Source: an uncultured Candidatus Peribacteria bacterium (GTDB lineage Bacteria > Patescibacteriota > Gracilibacteria > CAZOKC01). Taken from it: DNA of 33,756 nt. The notes below the pieces were generated by a model. That model was not told the DNA's origin. It saw only the letters and a list, made by a program, of their open reading frames with translations, and did not search any database. The position numbers and the translations under genes were made by a program. Of the stretch, positions 10,591 through 18,245 are shown piece by piece; the first letter of the stretch is position 1; every line of letters begins with the position of its first letter. Where the stretch lies: assembly GCA_964580335.1 (NCBI GenBank), contig CAZOKC010000001.1, positions 7,885-41,640 of the forward strand, written 5' to 3'.

Positions 10591-11850
10591 ATGATTTTCA
10601 GGAAATTCTTTTTTTGGCTTTTTCTAGTTTTTGCATTATCTTTTTCAATATTTTTATTTGGAATTGATTCCCAGAAATATAAAGCAGATATTTTTGAAGT
10701 TAAAAGTGATATAAAAAGTTTTAACTATGCAATTACAAATAATGGCGAAACAAATTTTGTAGTTACTGATGAATTTGATAAATTTTTAGGGATTAAAAAT
10801 ATTTTTCTTATAAGCCCCCCTATAGATTTATGTTCTAAAGAATCAGTGAGCTTTATAGATTATCCTTTACTTACTTTTCTTCCTTCGGAAAATAGTTTAG
10901 CTTATTTTTGGTTTGAGTTAGATGAAAATACAAGATATATATGCGGTGCAAAATATGATTTGTCTACAAATATTTGGGGAAAATCTTATGTGATAGTTGA
11001 TAATGATAGAATACTTGGTGATTTTAAAGTTAGTCAATTTGAAGAAAATAAACTGGTAATTATTTATAGGAAGAAATTTTGTAGTCACATTTCATTGGTT
11101 GGAAGAACTTTAAGTACTTTGGATTTTGAAAATTTGAAGGTATATGGTGATAAAACAACAACAGGTTATTCATGTAGAAAATTTTATGCAAGTGATTATG
11201 AATTTCCTATAGCAGATTATCTAAATAAAAAATATGGAGAAATAACTGATTATGATATAGATGAAAATAGTATTATTATAGAATATAGAAATGAATTTTC
11301 TCAAAATAGTTCTCTGTGGATAACAAATTTGAATCCTTCTGGAAGTAAGACTCCAAGAAAATTGAAAAGATATGATCCAGTTTATGGAGGCAATAATAAC
11401 TTTCATAATCCAAGAATTGCCACGTCAATCGGTGGAACAAAAATGATTGTATGGTCGTCAAAAGCTTTGGCTGGGGGAAGTGATTGGGATGTATTTGGAG
11501 GATTTTTAGATAAAAATCTTGAAAAGTTTTCTGGAGATACATTCTTTAAGATAAATGAATATGTAGGAAAAGATCAAAAAGATATAGGTGTTTTTTGGAA
11601 TAAAGATAAATTTGTAACATTTTATTTATCAAATAGTGCATTAAATTCTCCTCAATCACTAAATCTAGTTGCAAGACCTTTTGATGTCGTAACTTCAAAA
11701 TCTCCATCAAAAGAATCTATTTTATTTAGTAAATCATTTGGAGTTATTAATAATATTGAAAAAATAGTTAATTCTAACGGTAAAATATCTTTGATTCTCG
11801 ATACTGATAACAAAATGACACTTATAGATTTAGGAGGTTTAAATGAATAA
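10591..11850 (+). CDS. Membrane-anchored hypothetical protein, probably paralogous to the N-terminal repeat region of the 888-aa protein
   Basis: ATG 10591, one nt after the previous stop. N-terminal TM FFFWLFLVFALSFSIFLFGI. The unit ..GGTKMIVWSSKALAGGSDWDVFGGF.. resembles ..GGFVIVWNQIISSGNASDSKITLERY.. in the 888-aa protein. Confidence 0.7.
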   Translation: MIFRKFFFWLFLVFALSFSIFLFGIDSQKYKADIFEVKSDIKSFNYAITNNGETNFVVTDEFDKFLGIKNIFLISPPIDLCSKESVSFIDYPLLTFLPSENSLAYFWFELDENTRYICGAKYDLSTNIWGKSYVIVDNDRILGDFKVSQFEENKLVIIYRKKFCSHISLVGRTLSTLDFENLKVYGDKTTTGYSCRKFYASDYEFPIADYLNKKYGEITDYDIDENSIIIEYRNEFSQNSSLWITNLNPSGSKTPRKLKRYDPVYGGNNNFHNPRIATSIGGTKMIVWSSKALAGGSDWDVFGGFLDKNLEKFSGDTFFKINEYVGKDQKDIGVFWNKDKFVTFYLSNSALNSPQSLNLVARPFDVVTSKSPSKESILFSKSFGVINNIEKIVNSNGKISLILDTDNKMTLIDLGGLNE

Positions 11851-11853
11851 ATT

Positions 11854-12777
11854 ATGAACTATAAATACATTCTATCTGTATCTGGAGGAGTAGATAGTAT
11901 GGTAATGCTTGAAATGATTTATCGTAAGTTTGGCAGATTTAAAGATATTAATAAAGATGAAATTTTAGTTGTAACATTTGATCATAATACGAGGAATGGA
12001 CAGTCAAAAAAAGATGCTTTGTTTGTTATGGAAGAATGTAGGAAACGAAATATTTTTTGTATAAGTATCAATCTAAAGATTCAAAGTTATGCAAAACAAA
12101 ATAAAACTAGTTTGGAAGATGCTGGGCGTATTTTGAGGTATGAAAATCTTCGTAAAATAAAAGAAAAATATAATGCTGAATATATTTTAGTTGCTCATCA
12201 TAAAGATGATCTTATTGAAACCATAATTATGAAACTTATACGTGGAACTTTTATAAAAGGGCTTATTGGTTTTGAAGAAAAAAGTGAAGATATTTGGAGA
12301 CCACTTATAGATTATAGAAAAGCTGATCTTTATAAAATGGCAAGAGAGTTTGGTATATTGTGGCATGAAGATTATACAAATTTGGATTCAAAGATTTTTA
12401 GAAATAGAGTTCGTAATATTTTGCTTCCTTCAATAAGACAAGCGATTCCAAATATTGATTATCAACTACTTAAGATTCGCGAATATGTTATTGATCTTAA
12501 AAAATTTCTTGATCTTTTAACTTATAAATCTTTAAAAGATCTTGTGACAGAAGGTCTTTTGTTTGATGATTGGTTATCTTTTTCTGATCTTCAAAAATAT
12601 TGGATATTGTCAAATCTTGATATTTGGTATAAAGATAAAGAACTTGTGCTTCAAAGACAAAAATTAGAAAATCTTATAAAAAGAATAGATAAATTAAAGT
12701 CTGGTAAAAAAGTTTTGCTGGGACACAAAACCTACCCTATTATAAGAAAAGGAAAGTTTATACAATTCTACCCTTAG
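11854..12777 (+). CDS. tilS: tRNA(Ile)-lysidine synthase (short form)
   Basis: PP-loop SGGVDSMVM near the N-terminus, VAHHKDDLIETIIMKLIRG, 307 aa. Confidence 0.85.
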   Translation: MNYKYILSVSGGVDSMVMLEMIYRKFGRFKDINKDEILVVTFDHNTRNGQSKKDALFVMEECRKRNIFCISINLKIQSYAKQNKTSLEDAGRILRYENLRKIKEKYNAEYILVAHHKDDLIETIIMKLIRGTFIKGLIGFEEKSEDIWRPLIDYRKADLYKMAREFGILWHEDYTNLDSKIFRNRVRNILLPSIRQAIPNIDYQLLKIREYVIDLKKFLDLLTYKSLKDLVTEGLLFDDWLSFSDLQKYWILSNLDIWYKDKELVLQRQKLENLIKRIDKLKSGKKVLLGHKTYPIIRKGKFIQFYP

Positions 12778-12784
12778 TAATAAT

Positions 12785-13384
12785 ATGCATCATATAATAT
12801 CAAAAGACGAACATATAATAATGAAGTTAAGGAAACATTATATAATATATCTATTTATATTCTTTTTATTTATTTTTCTAAATATCGTTCCGGTTGCGTT
12901 GTTTATTGTTATATTCAATATATTTTTTAGGGAAGTTCCAGACTTTGTTTGGTGGTTTATATGGTGGTATCAGCTTTTTATTATAACTTTTCTTTATATT
13001 AAGTTTATCGAGGAAGTTTTGGATATGATTATAATAACTGATAAGAGAATTATAGATATAGATCAGGTTACTTTCCTTCAAAGAAATGTTTCAACCGCAA
13101 AACTTACTGATATTCAAGATGCTAGAGGGAAAGTAAATGGTTTTTTTGGGACTGTATTAGGATATGGAACTCTTATAGTGCAAACTGCTAGTACAAAATC
13201 TTTTTTTACTATGGATTTTGTTTATGATCCTGCGATGAAAGCTGAAAATATTATTAAATTAACAGGAAAATATAAATCTAGGTCATCTCATGATCATTTT
13301 AAATCAAAAGAAAAAGAAGAATCACCAATAGATTTACTTATAGAATCTAGGCAAAATATATCTTCATCATTAAATAACGAATAA
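12785..13384 (+). CDS. Membrane protein with bacterial PH-like (YdbS/YdbT-type) domain
   Basis: Two N-terminal TM helices, then ..IITDKRIIDIDQ..TAKLTDIQDARGKVNGFFGTVLGYGTLIVQTAS.., a pattern typical of bPH_2 domains. A possible alternative start is ATG 12821. Confidence 0.55.
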   Translation: MHHIISKDEHIIMKLRKHYIIYLFIFFLFIFLNIVPVALFIVIFNIFFREVPDFVWWFIWWYQLFIITFLYIKFIEEVLDMIIITDKRIIDIDQVTFLQRNVSTAKLTDIQDARGKVNGFFGTVLGYGTLIVQTASTKSFFTMDFVYDPAMKAENIIKLTGKYKSRSSHDHFKSKEKEESPIDLLIESRQNISSSLNNE

Positions 13385-13389
13385 TTTGT

Positions 13390-13466
13390 GCGGTCGTAGT
13401 TCAATTGGATAGAACGCAGCCCTGCGAAGGCTGAGGTCGGAGGTTCGACTCCTCCCGATCGCACCA
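13390..13466 (+). tRNA. tRNA-Arg (anticodon GCG), CCA encoded
   Basis: Cloverleaf folded by hand. Acceptor GCGGUCG/CGAUCGC (one G-U), D stem GUUC/GAAC with A20, anticodon stem CAGCC/GGCUG, loop CU-GCG-AA, variable AGGUC, T arm GGAGG-UUCGACU-CCUCC, discriminator A, 3' CCA. 77 nt. Confidence 0.9.
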
Positions 13467-13518
13467 AATCAAAGTCTATATTCGATAACATAAGTTATAT
13501 TTGTAAACCAAAATATAC

Positions 13519-13547
13519 TTGAAAATAAAACAAATGTTTACTATATT
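13519..13547 (+). promoter_or_regulatory. Putative lexA promoter (TTGAAA-N17-TATATT) with a palindromic Cheo-box-like operator AAAC-AAAT-GTTT (13528-13539) in the spacer
   Basis: -35 at 13519-13524 and -10 at 13542-13547. The palindrome AAACAAATGTTT matches the GAAC-N4-GTTC architecture with its outer bases changed. It lies 29 nt upstream of the lexA ATG. Confidence 0.4.
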
Positions 13548-13567
13548 TATATTGTTTTATTACAAAT

Positions 13568-14146
13568 ATGTCTTTCGAAATAGAAAATAAAGTTTATTCA
13601 CTCATAAAAGGATATCAAAGTGAACATCAAAGAACACCAACAGTGAGATGGCTTAAAGATCAACTTGGTTTCAAATCAACTCGTTCAGCTAAGCAATATA
13701 TAGATAGGCTCGCAGAAACTGGAAAGATTACAAAAGATAGTACAGGAAAAATATGTTTTCTTACCCCAAGGGGTTTACCAATACTTTCTTCTATAGCTGC
13801 TGGAGGTGCTACAGTTGAAGAACAAATAAATGATGCTCCAAAACTTGATCTTTCTTATATCTTTGAATCTGGAAATGAAGACTTTTTTGCCTTGAAAGTA
13901 AGAGGGGATTCTATGATAGATGCTGGTATTCATGAAGATGACTTTGTAATAGTGGATAGAAAAAAAGAACCGAGAGTAGGTGACATAGTTGTAGGAATTA
14001 TAGATGATGCATGGACTCTTAAAAGACTCGATAAGATCGAGGGCAAATATTATTTAAAACCTGAAAACTCAAAATATTCTGACCTTATACCAAGAGATAG
14101 TTTAAAGATCGGAGGAGTAGTTATAAATCTTATAAGGAAGTATTGA
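13568..14146 (+). CDS. lexA: LexA repressor (S24 peptidase)
   Basis: N-terminal winged-helix region, IAAGG cleavage site (Ala-Gly), GDSM Ser nucleophile, TLKRL Lys; 192 aa. Confidence 0.9.
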   Translation: MSFEIENKVYSLIKGYQSEHQRTPTVRWLKDQLGFKSTRSAKQYIDRLAETGKITKDSTGKICFLTPRGLPILSSIAAGGATVEEQINDAPKLDLSYIFESGNEDFFALKVRGDSMIDAGIHEDDFVIVDRKKEPRVGDIVVGIIDDAWTLKRLDKIEGKYYLKPENSKYSDLIPRDSLKIGGVVINLIRKY

Positions 14147-14208
14147 TTTTAGATCGCTTTCATCTTTTATATAATCCATTATAATTAATACATAGTGAAA
14201 AATACTCT

Positions 14209-14868
14209 ATGTATATTATATTTGAAGGACCAGATGGAAGTGGTAAATCTACACATATAAAATTAATTTGTGAATATCTTGAAAGTTTTGGTAAGAAAGT
14301 TTTTATAAGACGTGAGCCAGGGGGTACTTATTTTGCAGAAAAAATAAGAGACCTTATATTAAATGATCCAAAATCTCGTGAAATGAATTTAATAACTCAA
14401 GAATACCTCGTACTTGCAAATTATGTGGAGGGGTTACTTCATATAAAGGAATTAATTTTAGATGGCTATATTGTATTGTCAGATAGATCAAGTATCTATA
14501 GTTCTCAAATCTATCAAGGAGATTTGGGTAATCATAAAAGTCCTATTACTTCAAAACAAGTTTATGATTTACATTTTGAGGCAAGACAGCTTTGTGAAAT
14601 ACAGGAACCTGACATGATCATTGGTTTTTTACCCACTTTAGATGAAACTATAAGGAGAGTACAAAATGAAAAGAGGAAAAGTGGGAATAATTATTTAGAT
14701 GAAGTTACACAGGGGTTTATAAATAGATATAATGGATATCAAGAATTATTTAAAACTCTTGAAAAAGAAATACCAGAAAGATTTGTACTTGTAGATGGAG
14801 ATAATTCTCAGGATGAGACGTATCAAAAAGTAAAATCAGTATTTCAGAAAATTTTCAAATTATCTTAA
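14209..14868 (+). CDS. tmk: Thymidylate kinase
   Basis: IIFEGPDGSGKSTH P-loop, REPGGT, DRS motif region; 219 aa. Confidence 0.85.
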   Translation: MYIIFEGPDGSGKSTHIKLICEYLESFGKKVFIRREPGGTYFAEKIRDLILNDPKSREMNLITQEYLVLANYVEGLLHIKELILDGYIVLSDRSSIYSSQIYQGDLGNHKSPITSKQVYDLHFEARQLCEIQEPDMIIGFLPTLDETIRRVQNEKRKSGNNYLDEVTQGFINRYNGYQELFKTLEKEIPERFVLVDGDNSQDETYQKVKSVFQKIFKLS

Positions 14869-15885
14869 GAATATAGATTTGTTTTTATTATGCTCTTCAT
14901 TGGTCTTGGCATAGTGAATTTGTCCTGTTGGATCATGTAAATAATACCAGTATTCGGTTTTTGTTGGGTACAATGCAGCTTTAATACTGTTTATACTTGG
15001 ATTACTAATAGCTCCTGGAGGAAGTCCTGTGAATTTTCTTGTATTGTATCTTGAATTAACTTCAAAATCTGATTTTGTAAGTTCATCTGTCCAATTATTT
15101 TGTATATATCTACTTGTTGCATCTACACCAAGCGCCCAACCATTGTTTAACCTTTTCCATAAAATTCCTGCTATTATAGGTCTTTCATCGTCGTTTATAG
15201 CTTCTCTTTCTATCATAGAAGCCATTATTATAAGTTCATAAAATGAAATATTTTTCTTTGCAAGTTCGGGAAACCATTCAGGCGGCATTCTTGATACAAG
15301 ATTATCTACAAGTCTTTGTGCGAAACTTTCTACATCAAAATCAATAGGACTTACATAATATGTTGCCGGGAATAAAAATCCTTCATAGTTATATGGAGTA
15401 ATATCTAAATTCTTAATATTAAGATTACAAACTCCGTCTTTGTATATACAATCTGAAAATTCACCTTCAGTTATAAGTTTATTTTTTACAAGAAGTTTAT
15501 CTATCTGTTTTGCAGTGAAACCTTCTGGGATAGTTATTGATATAAGGAATTGTTTTTTGCCCGTAAGAATATTTAAAACATCATCTATTTTAGCTCCCTT
15601 TTGTATTACAAATTTGCCTGCCATCAATTTAGGATTTCCTTCTTGTTTATCAAGATGTCTTAAAAACGCCCAGCTAGAAGTTATAAGCCCTGATTTTTCT
15701 AAGTTTTTAGCAATCGTGGTTGCTGATAAACCTTCTTCTACTTTGAAAGGTATATTTCTCTCAAGCAATATAGATGGGACTTTATTAAGTTCTTTTTTAT
15801 ACTTATTTTCATCTAAATAATATTTTAAACCGAAAATAAGTCCTATGAAAATTATAAATAATATTAGAAATGATCTGAATTTCAT
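14860..15885 (-). CDS. mltG: Endolytic murein transglycosylase MltG (YceG-like)
   Basis: N-terminal TM anchor. YceG pattern ..ITIPEGFT..GFLFPATYYV..ELIIMASMIEREA..YNTRKFTGLPPGAISNP..; 341 aa. Its 3' end overlaps the tmk 3' end by 9 bp (convergent). Confidence 0.85.
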   Translation of the reverse strand: MKFRSFLILFIIFIGLIFGLKYYLDENKYKKELNKVPSILLERNIPFKVEEGLSATTIAKNLEKSGLITSSWAFLRHLDKQEGNPKLMAGKFVIQKGAKIDDVLNILTGKKQFLISITIPEGFTAKQIDKLLVKNKLITEGEFSDCIYKDGVCNLNIKNLDITPYNYEGFLFPATYYVSPIDFDVESFAQRLVDNLVSRMPPEWFPELAKKNISFYELIIMASMIEREAINDDERPIIAGILWKRLNNGWALGVDATSRYIQNNWTDELTKSDFEVNSRYNTRKFTGLPPGAISNPSINSIKAALYPTKTEYWYYLHDPTGQIHYAKTNEEHNKNKSIFLR

Positions 15886-15897
15886 TGAAATAATTTA

Positions 15898-16200
15898 TTA
15901 ACCGAATAATTTACTTAAATCCATATCGCCCATAATATCTTTCATATTTTCAGCAGAAACTTTTTGGGCTTTTTCAAAAGCTTTATTTAGATGTTCTATA
16001 ATTTTTGAAGATAGAGCTTTTTCATCTTGTAATAAGTCTTTATTTCTGATTTCTATACTGACAACTTTCATTTCACCTGATACGGTTACTTTTACATCAA
16101 TATCCTCACTTTCTACAAGGATGTTTTTAAGCTTTTTTTGAGCAGCTCTCGCTTTAGATTGCATATCGTACATTTTCTTCATGTTCCCAAAAAATGACAT
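15898..16200 (-). CDS. ybaB: Nucleoid-associated protein YbaB/EbfC
   Basis: 100 aa. ..MYDMQSKARAAQKKLKN..VKVTVSGEMKVVSIEI.. is the typical YbaB family layout. Confidence 0.8.
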   Translation of the reverse strand: MSFFGNMKKMYDMQSKARAAQKKLKNILVESEDIDVKVTVSGEMKVVSIEIRNKDLLQDEKALSSKIIEHLNKAFEKAQKVSAENMKDIMGDMDLSKLFG

Positions 16201-16366
16201 AGAAATATGTTATTTATAAAAAAATCATAGAGATACTACAGTAAAAATATACTCTCTGGAAGTTAAAAACCATAGACTTTTACGTTTTTTGTGAAAAAAA
16301 TGTAAAATGGCTTGCAAGACTTATGTTTTTAATGTATTTTTCCCAAGCAAAATTTCATATATAAAT

Positions 16367-17044
16367 ATGGACAAGTTTAATCTGAATGTAAATTTAAGAG
16401 ATGAAAAAGGTACTTCCGCTTCTAATAATTTAAGAAGACAAGGATCTGTGCCTGGAGTGATTTATGGTAAAAAAATGTCACCTGTTACAGTATCTTTCAA
16501 AAATAATGAATTTGATGTTCTTTATAGAGATGCGGGAGAAAGTTCTATTATTGAACTGACAGATGGAAAAAGTAAATGGAACGTTGTTATAAAAGACGTA
16601 AATTATCATCCTGCAAAAGGAGATGTTATACATGTTGATTTTAAAGCAGTATCAATGAATGAAGAAATTACTGTTAATATACCTTTGGTATTTGAAGGTG
16701 TTGCTATGGGTGTAAAAGAACATGGAGGTACGTTTGTTTCTATGAAAGATGAAATTGAAGTAACCTGTCTTCCAAAATATCTTGTTCATGAAATAGTAGT
16801 GGATATAACACCTCTTACTGAAATAGGTAGTTCTTTACATATATCTGACATTAAATTACCAACAGGTATGATAACAGAACATGATCCAGAAGAAGTTATT
16901 GCTCAAATTGCTGCTCCTGTTTCTGAAGCTGATCTTGAGACTGCGGAAGCAGTTCTACCTGAAGGAGCGGAAGAACCTACTGAAGGTGGAGAAGGAGGAG
17001 ATGAATCTAAAGAGGGTAAAAATGAATCTGATAATAAAGAATAA
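16367..17044 (+). CDS. rplY: Ribosomal protein bL25 (Ctc form) with acidic C-terminal tail
   Basis: ATG 16367 gives MDKFNLNVNLRDEKGTSASNNLRRQGSVPGVIYGK.., followed by the Ctc-type second domain. The tail is EGAEEPTEGGEGGDESKEG. The track start at 16307 is an upstream extension. Confidence 0.85.
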   Translation: MDKFNLNVNLRDEKGTSASNNLRRQGSVPGVIYGKKMSPVTVSFKNNEFDVLYRDAGESSIIELTDGKSKWNVVIKDVNYHPAKGDVIHVDFKAVSMNEEITVNIPLVFEGVAMGVKEHGGTFVSMKDEIEVTCLPKYLVHEIVVDITPLTEIGSSLHISDIKLPTGMITEHDPEEVIAQIAAPVSEADLETAEAVLPEGAEEPTEGGEGGDESKEGKNESDNKE

Positions 17045-17066
17045 TTTATAATTTAATCCAATTTTC

Positions 17067-17474
17067 ATGCTAAAGATTAGGCTATCAAGAAGGGGACGAA
17101 AGAGAATATATACATACTTTGTTGTAGTAGCGGAACACACTTCGCCTATACAAGGTAAATTTATAGAAAAACTTGGAGTTTATAGTCCTGAGTCAAAAAT
17201 GTTCCAGATAGATCAAGATAGATTAAACCATTGGATTAAAAATGGAGCAAAACCTTCTGAAACTGTAGCAAGACTTATGGTTAAATACGCAAAAATGAAA
17301 GATGCGAAAAAATTTATAAATCCTCTTAAAATAAAAGATAAAGAAATTCCTGTTGAGCCTGTAAAAGAAGAAGTTAAATCTGAGTCTGTACAAGTAGAAT
17401 CTGCTGAAGCTCCTGTTGAAGCAGTTGTCGCTGAATCTAGTCCTTCTAATTCAGATGAAAATCCTACAGTTTAA
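17067..17474 (+). CDS. rpsP: Ribosomal protein bS16 with Glu/Val-rich C-terminal extension
   Basis: MLKIRLSRRGRKRIYTYFVVVAEHTSPIQGKFIEKLGVYSP.. ; 135 aa. Confidence 0.9.
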   Translation: MLKIRLSRRGRKRIYTYFVVVAEHTSPIQGKFIEKLGVYSPESKMFQIDQDRLNHWIKNGAKPSETVARLMVKYAKMKDAKKFINPLKIKDKEIPVEPVKEEVKSESVQVESAEAPVEAVVAESSPSNSDENPTV

Positions 17475-17561
17475 ATTGAACTTTAGATAAAAAAGTTAGA
17501 TTTTACTTGCCTTAATCGCAAGGTAGATTTATTATTACAATGTATTTTTTAAATTAAAAAT

Positions 17562-17819
17562 ATGGACGGAGGAGATCAAGCAAGAAATTTAGTTGAATTT
17601 ATCGTGAAGGAAATTGTGGATTCTCCTGAAAATGTTAAAGTTACAAGGGAAGATGATGATTTGGGTATTAAGATAAACGTAATAGTTCATCCAAATGATA
17701 TGGGTAAAGTAATCGGAAAACAAAGAAGTATGTATGAAGCTATAAGAACTTTAATACATGTTATTGGAGCAAAAAATAAACAAAGAATTTCTCTTTTCAT
17801 TTTAGAACCAAATACCTAA
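17562..17819 (+). CDS. KH-domain RNA-binding protein (YlqC/UPF0109 family)
   Basis: LVEFIVKEIVDSPENVKVT..VHPNDMGKVIGKQRSMYEAIRTLI (GxxG-type KH loop). It sits in the conserved position after rpsP. Confidence 0.8.
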   Translation: MDGGDQARNLVEFIVKEIVDSPENVKVTREDDDLGIKINVIVHPNDMGKVIGKQRSMYEAIRTLIHVIGAKNKQRISLFILEPNT

Positions 17820-17828
17820 GAAGTATTT

Positions 17829-18194
17829 ATGAACGATTCTGAACCTTTTTTCACGGTGGCTTCGAGGCTAGATTTTGTGTCAGTACTCAATGAGGCAATA
17901 GCTTACGCTATAATTATTTCTGCCATTTTGGCCGTAGCTTTTATATTTTGGGGAGGTATATCTTTTATACTTTCAGGTGGTCAGGAAGATAAGATTAAAA
18001 GTGCAGTTAATACTATAAGATATTCAATTTTTGGTTTAATAATTGTATTTTTATCTATAGGTATAGTATCTCTTGTAGGTAGAATATTTGATTTTGAACT
18101 TCTTTCATATATAAACTCTGAAAGAATTTATGAGTCAATTCAAAGAATAATTGAAAAATTTAGCGAAACGAATTCAAGTGATTTGAATCTGTAA
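17829..18194 (+). CDS. Small two-TM membrane protein, TrbC/VirB2 (T4SS-pilin)-like
   Basis: 121 aa. Hydrophobic helix, then ..FWGGISFILSGGQEDKIKSAVNTIRYSIFGLIIVFLSIGIV.., which matches the helix-GG(D/Q)-K-helix layout of the small pilin-like proteins common in CPR genomes. The assignment is by pattern only. Confidence 0.5.
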   Translation: MNDSEPFFTVASRLDFVSVLNEAIAYAIIISAILAVAFIFWGGISFILSGGQEDKIKSAVNTIRYSIFGLIIVFLSIGIVSLVGRIFDFELLSYINSERIYESIQRIIEKFSETNSSDLNL

Positions 18195-18212
18195 TATATT
18201 TTTTACCTAGTC

Positions 18213-18238
18213 ATGATTTCTTAGTGAAATCATTTCAC
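18213..18238. terminator. Hairpin(s) between convergent genes (ATGATTTC-TTAGT-GAAATCAT; overlapping GTGAAA-TCA-TTTCAC)
   Basis: A perfect 8-bp inverted repeat at 18213-18220/18226-18233, plus an overlapping 6-bp alternative hairpin. It lies in the 51-nt gap between two convergent stops. Confidence 0.45.
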
Positions 18239-18245
18239 TATTAGT

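Noticed and set aside
13294-13491. 65-aa minus-strand ORF (..SGGVEPPTSAFAGLRSIQLNY..).
   Set aside because: It is the antisense reading of the tRNA-Arg gene (13390-13466), and the 'conserved-looking' peptide is a known tRNA-antisense artefact.
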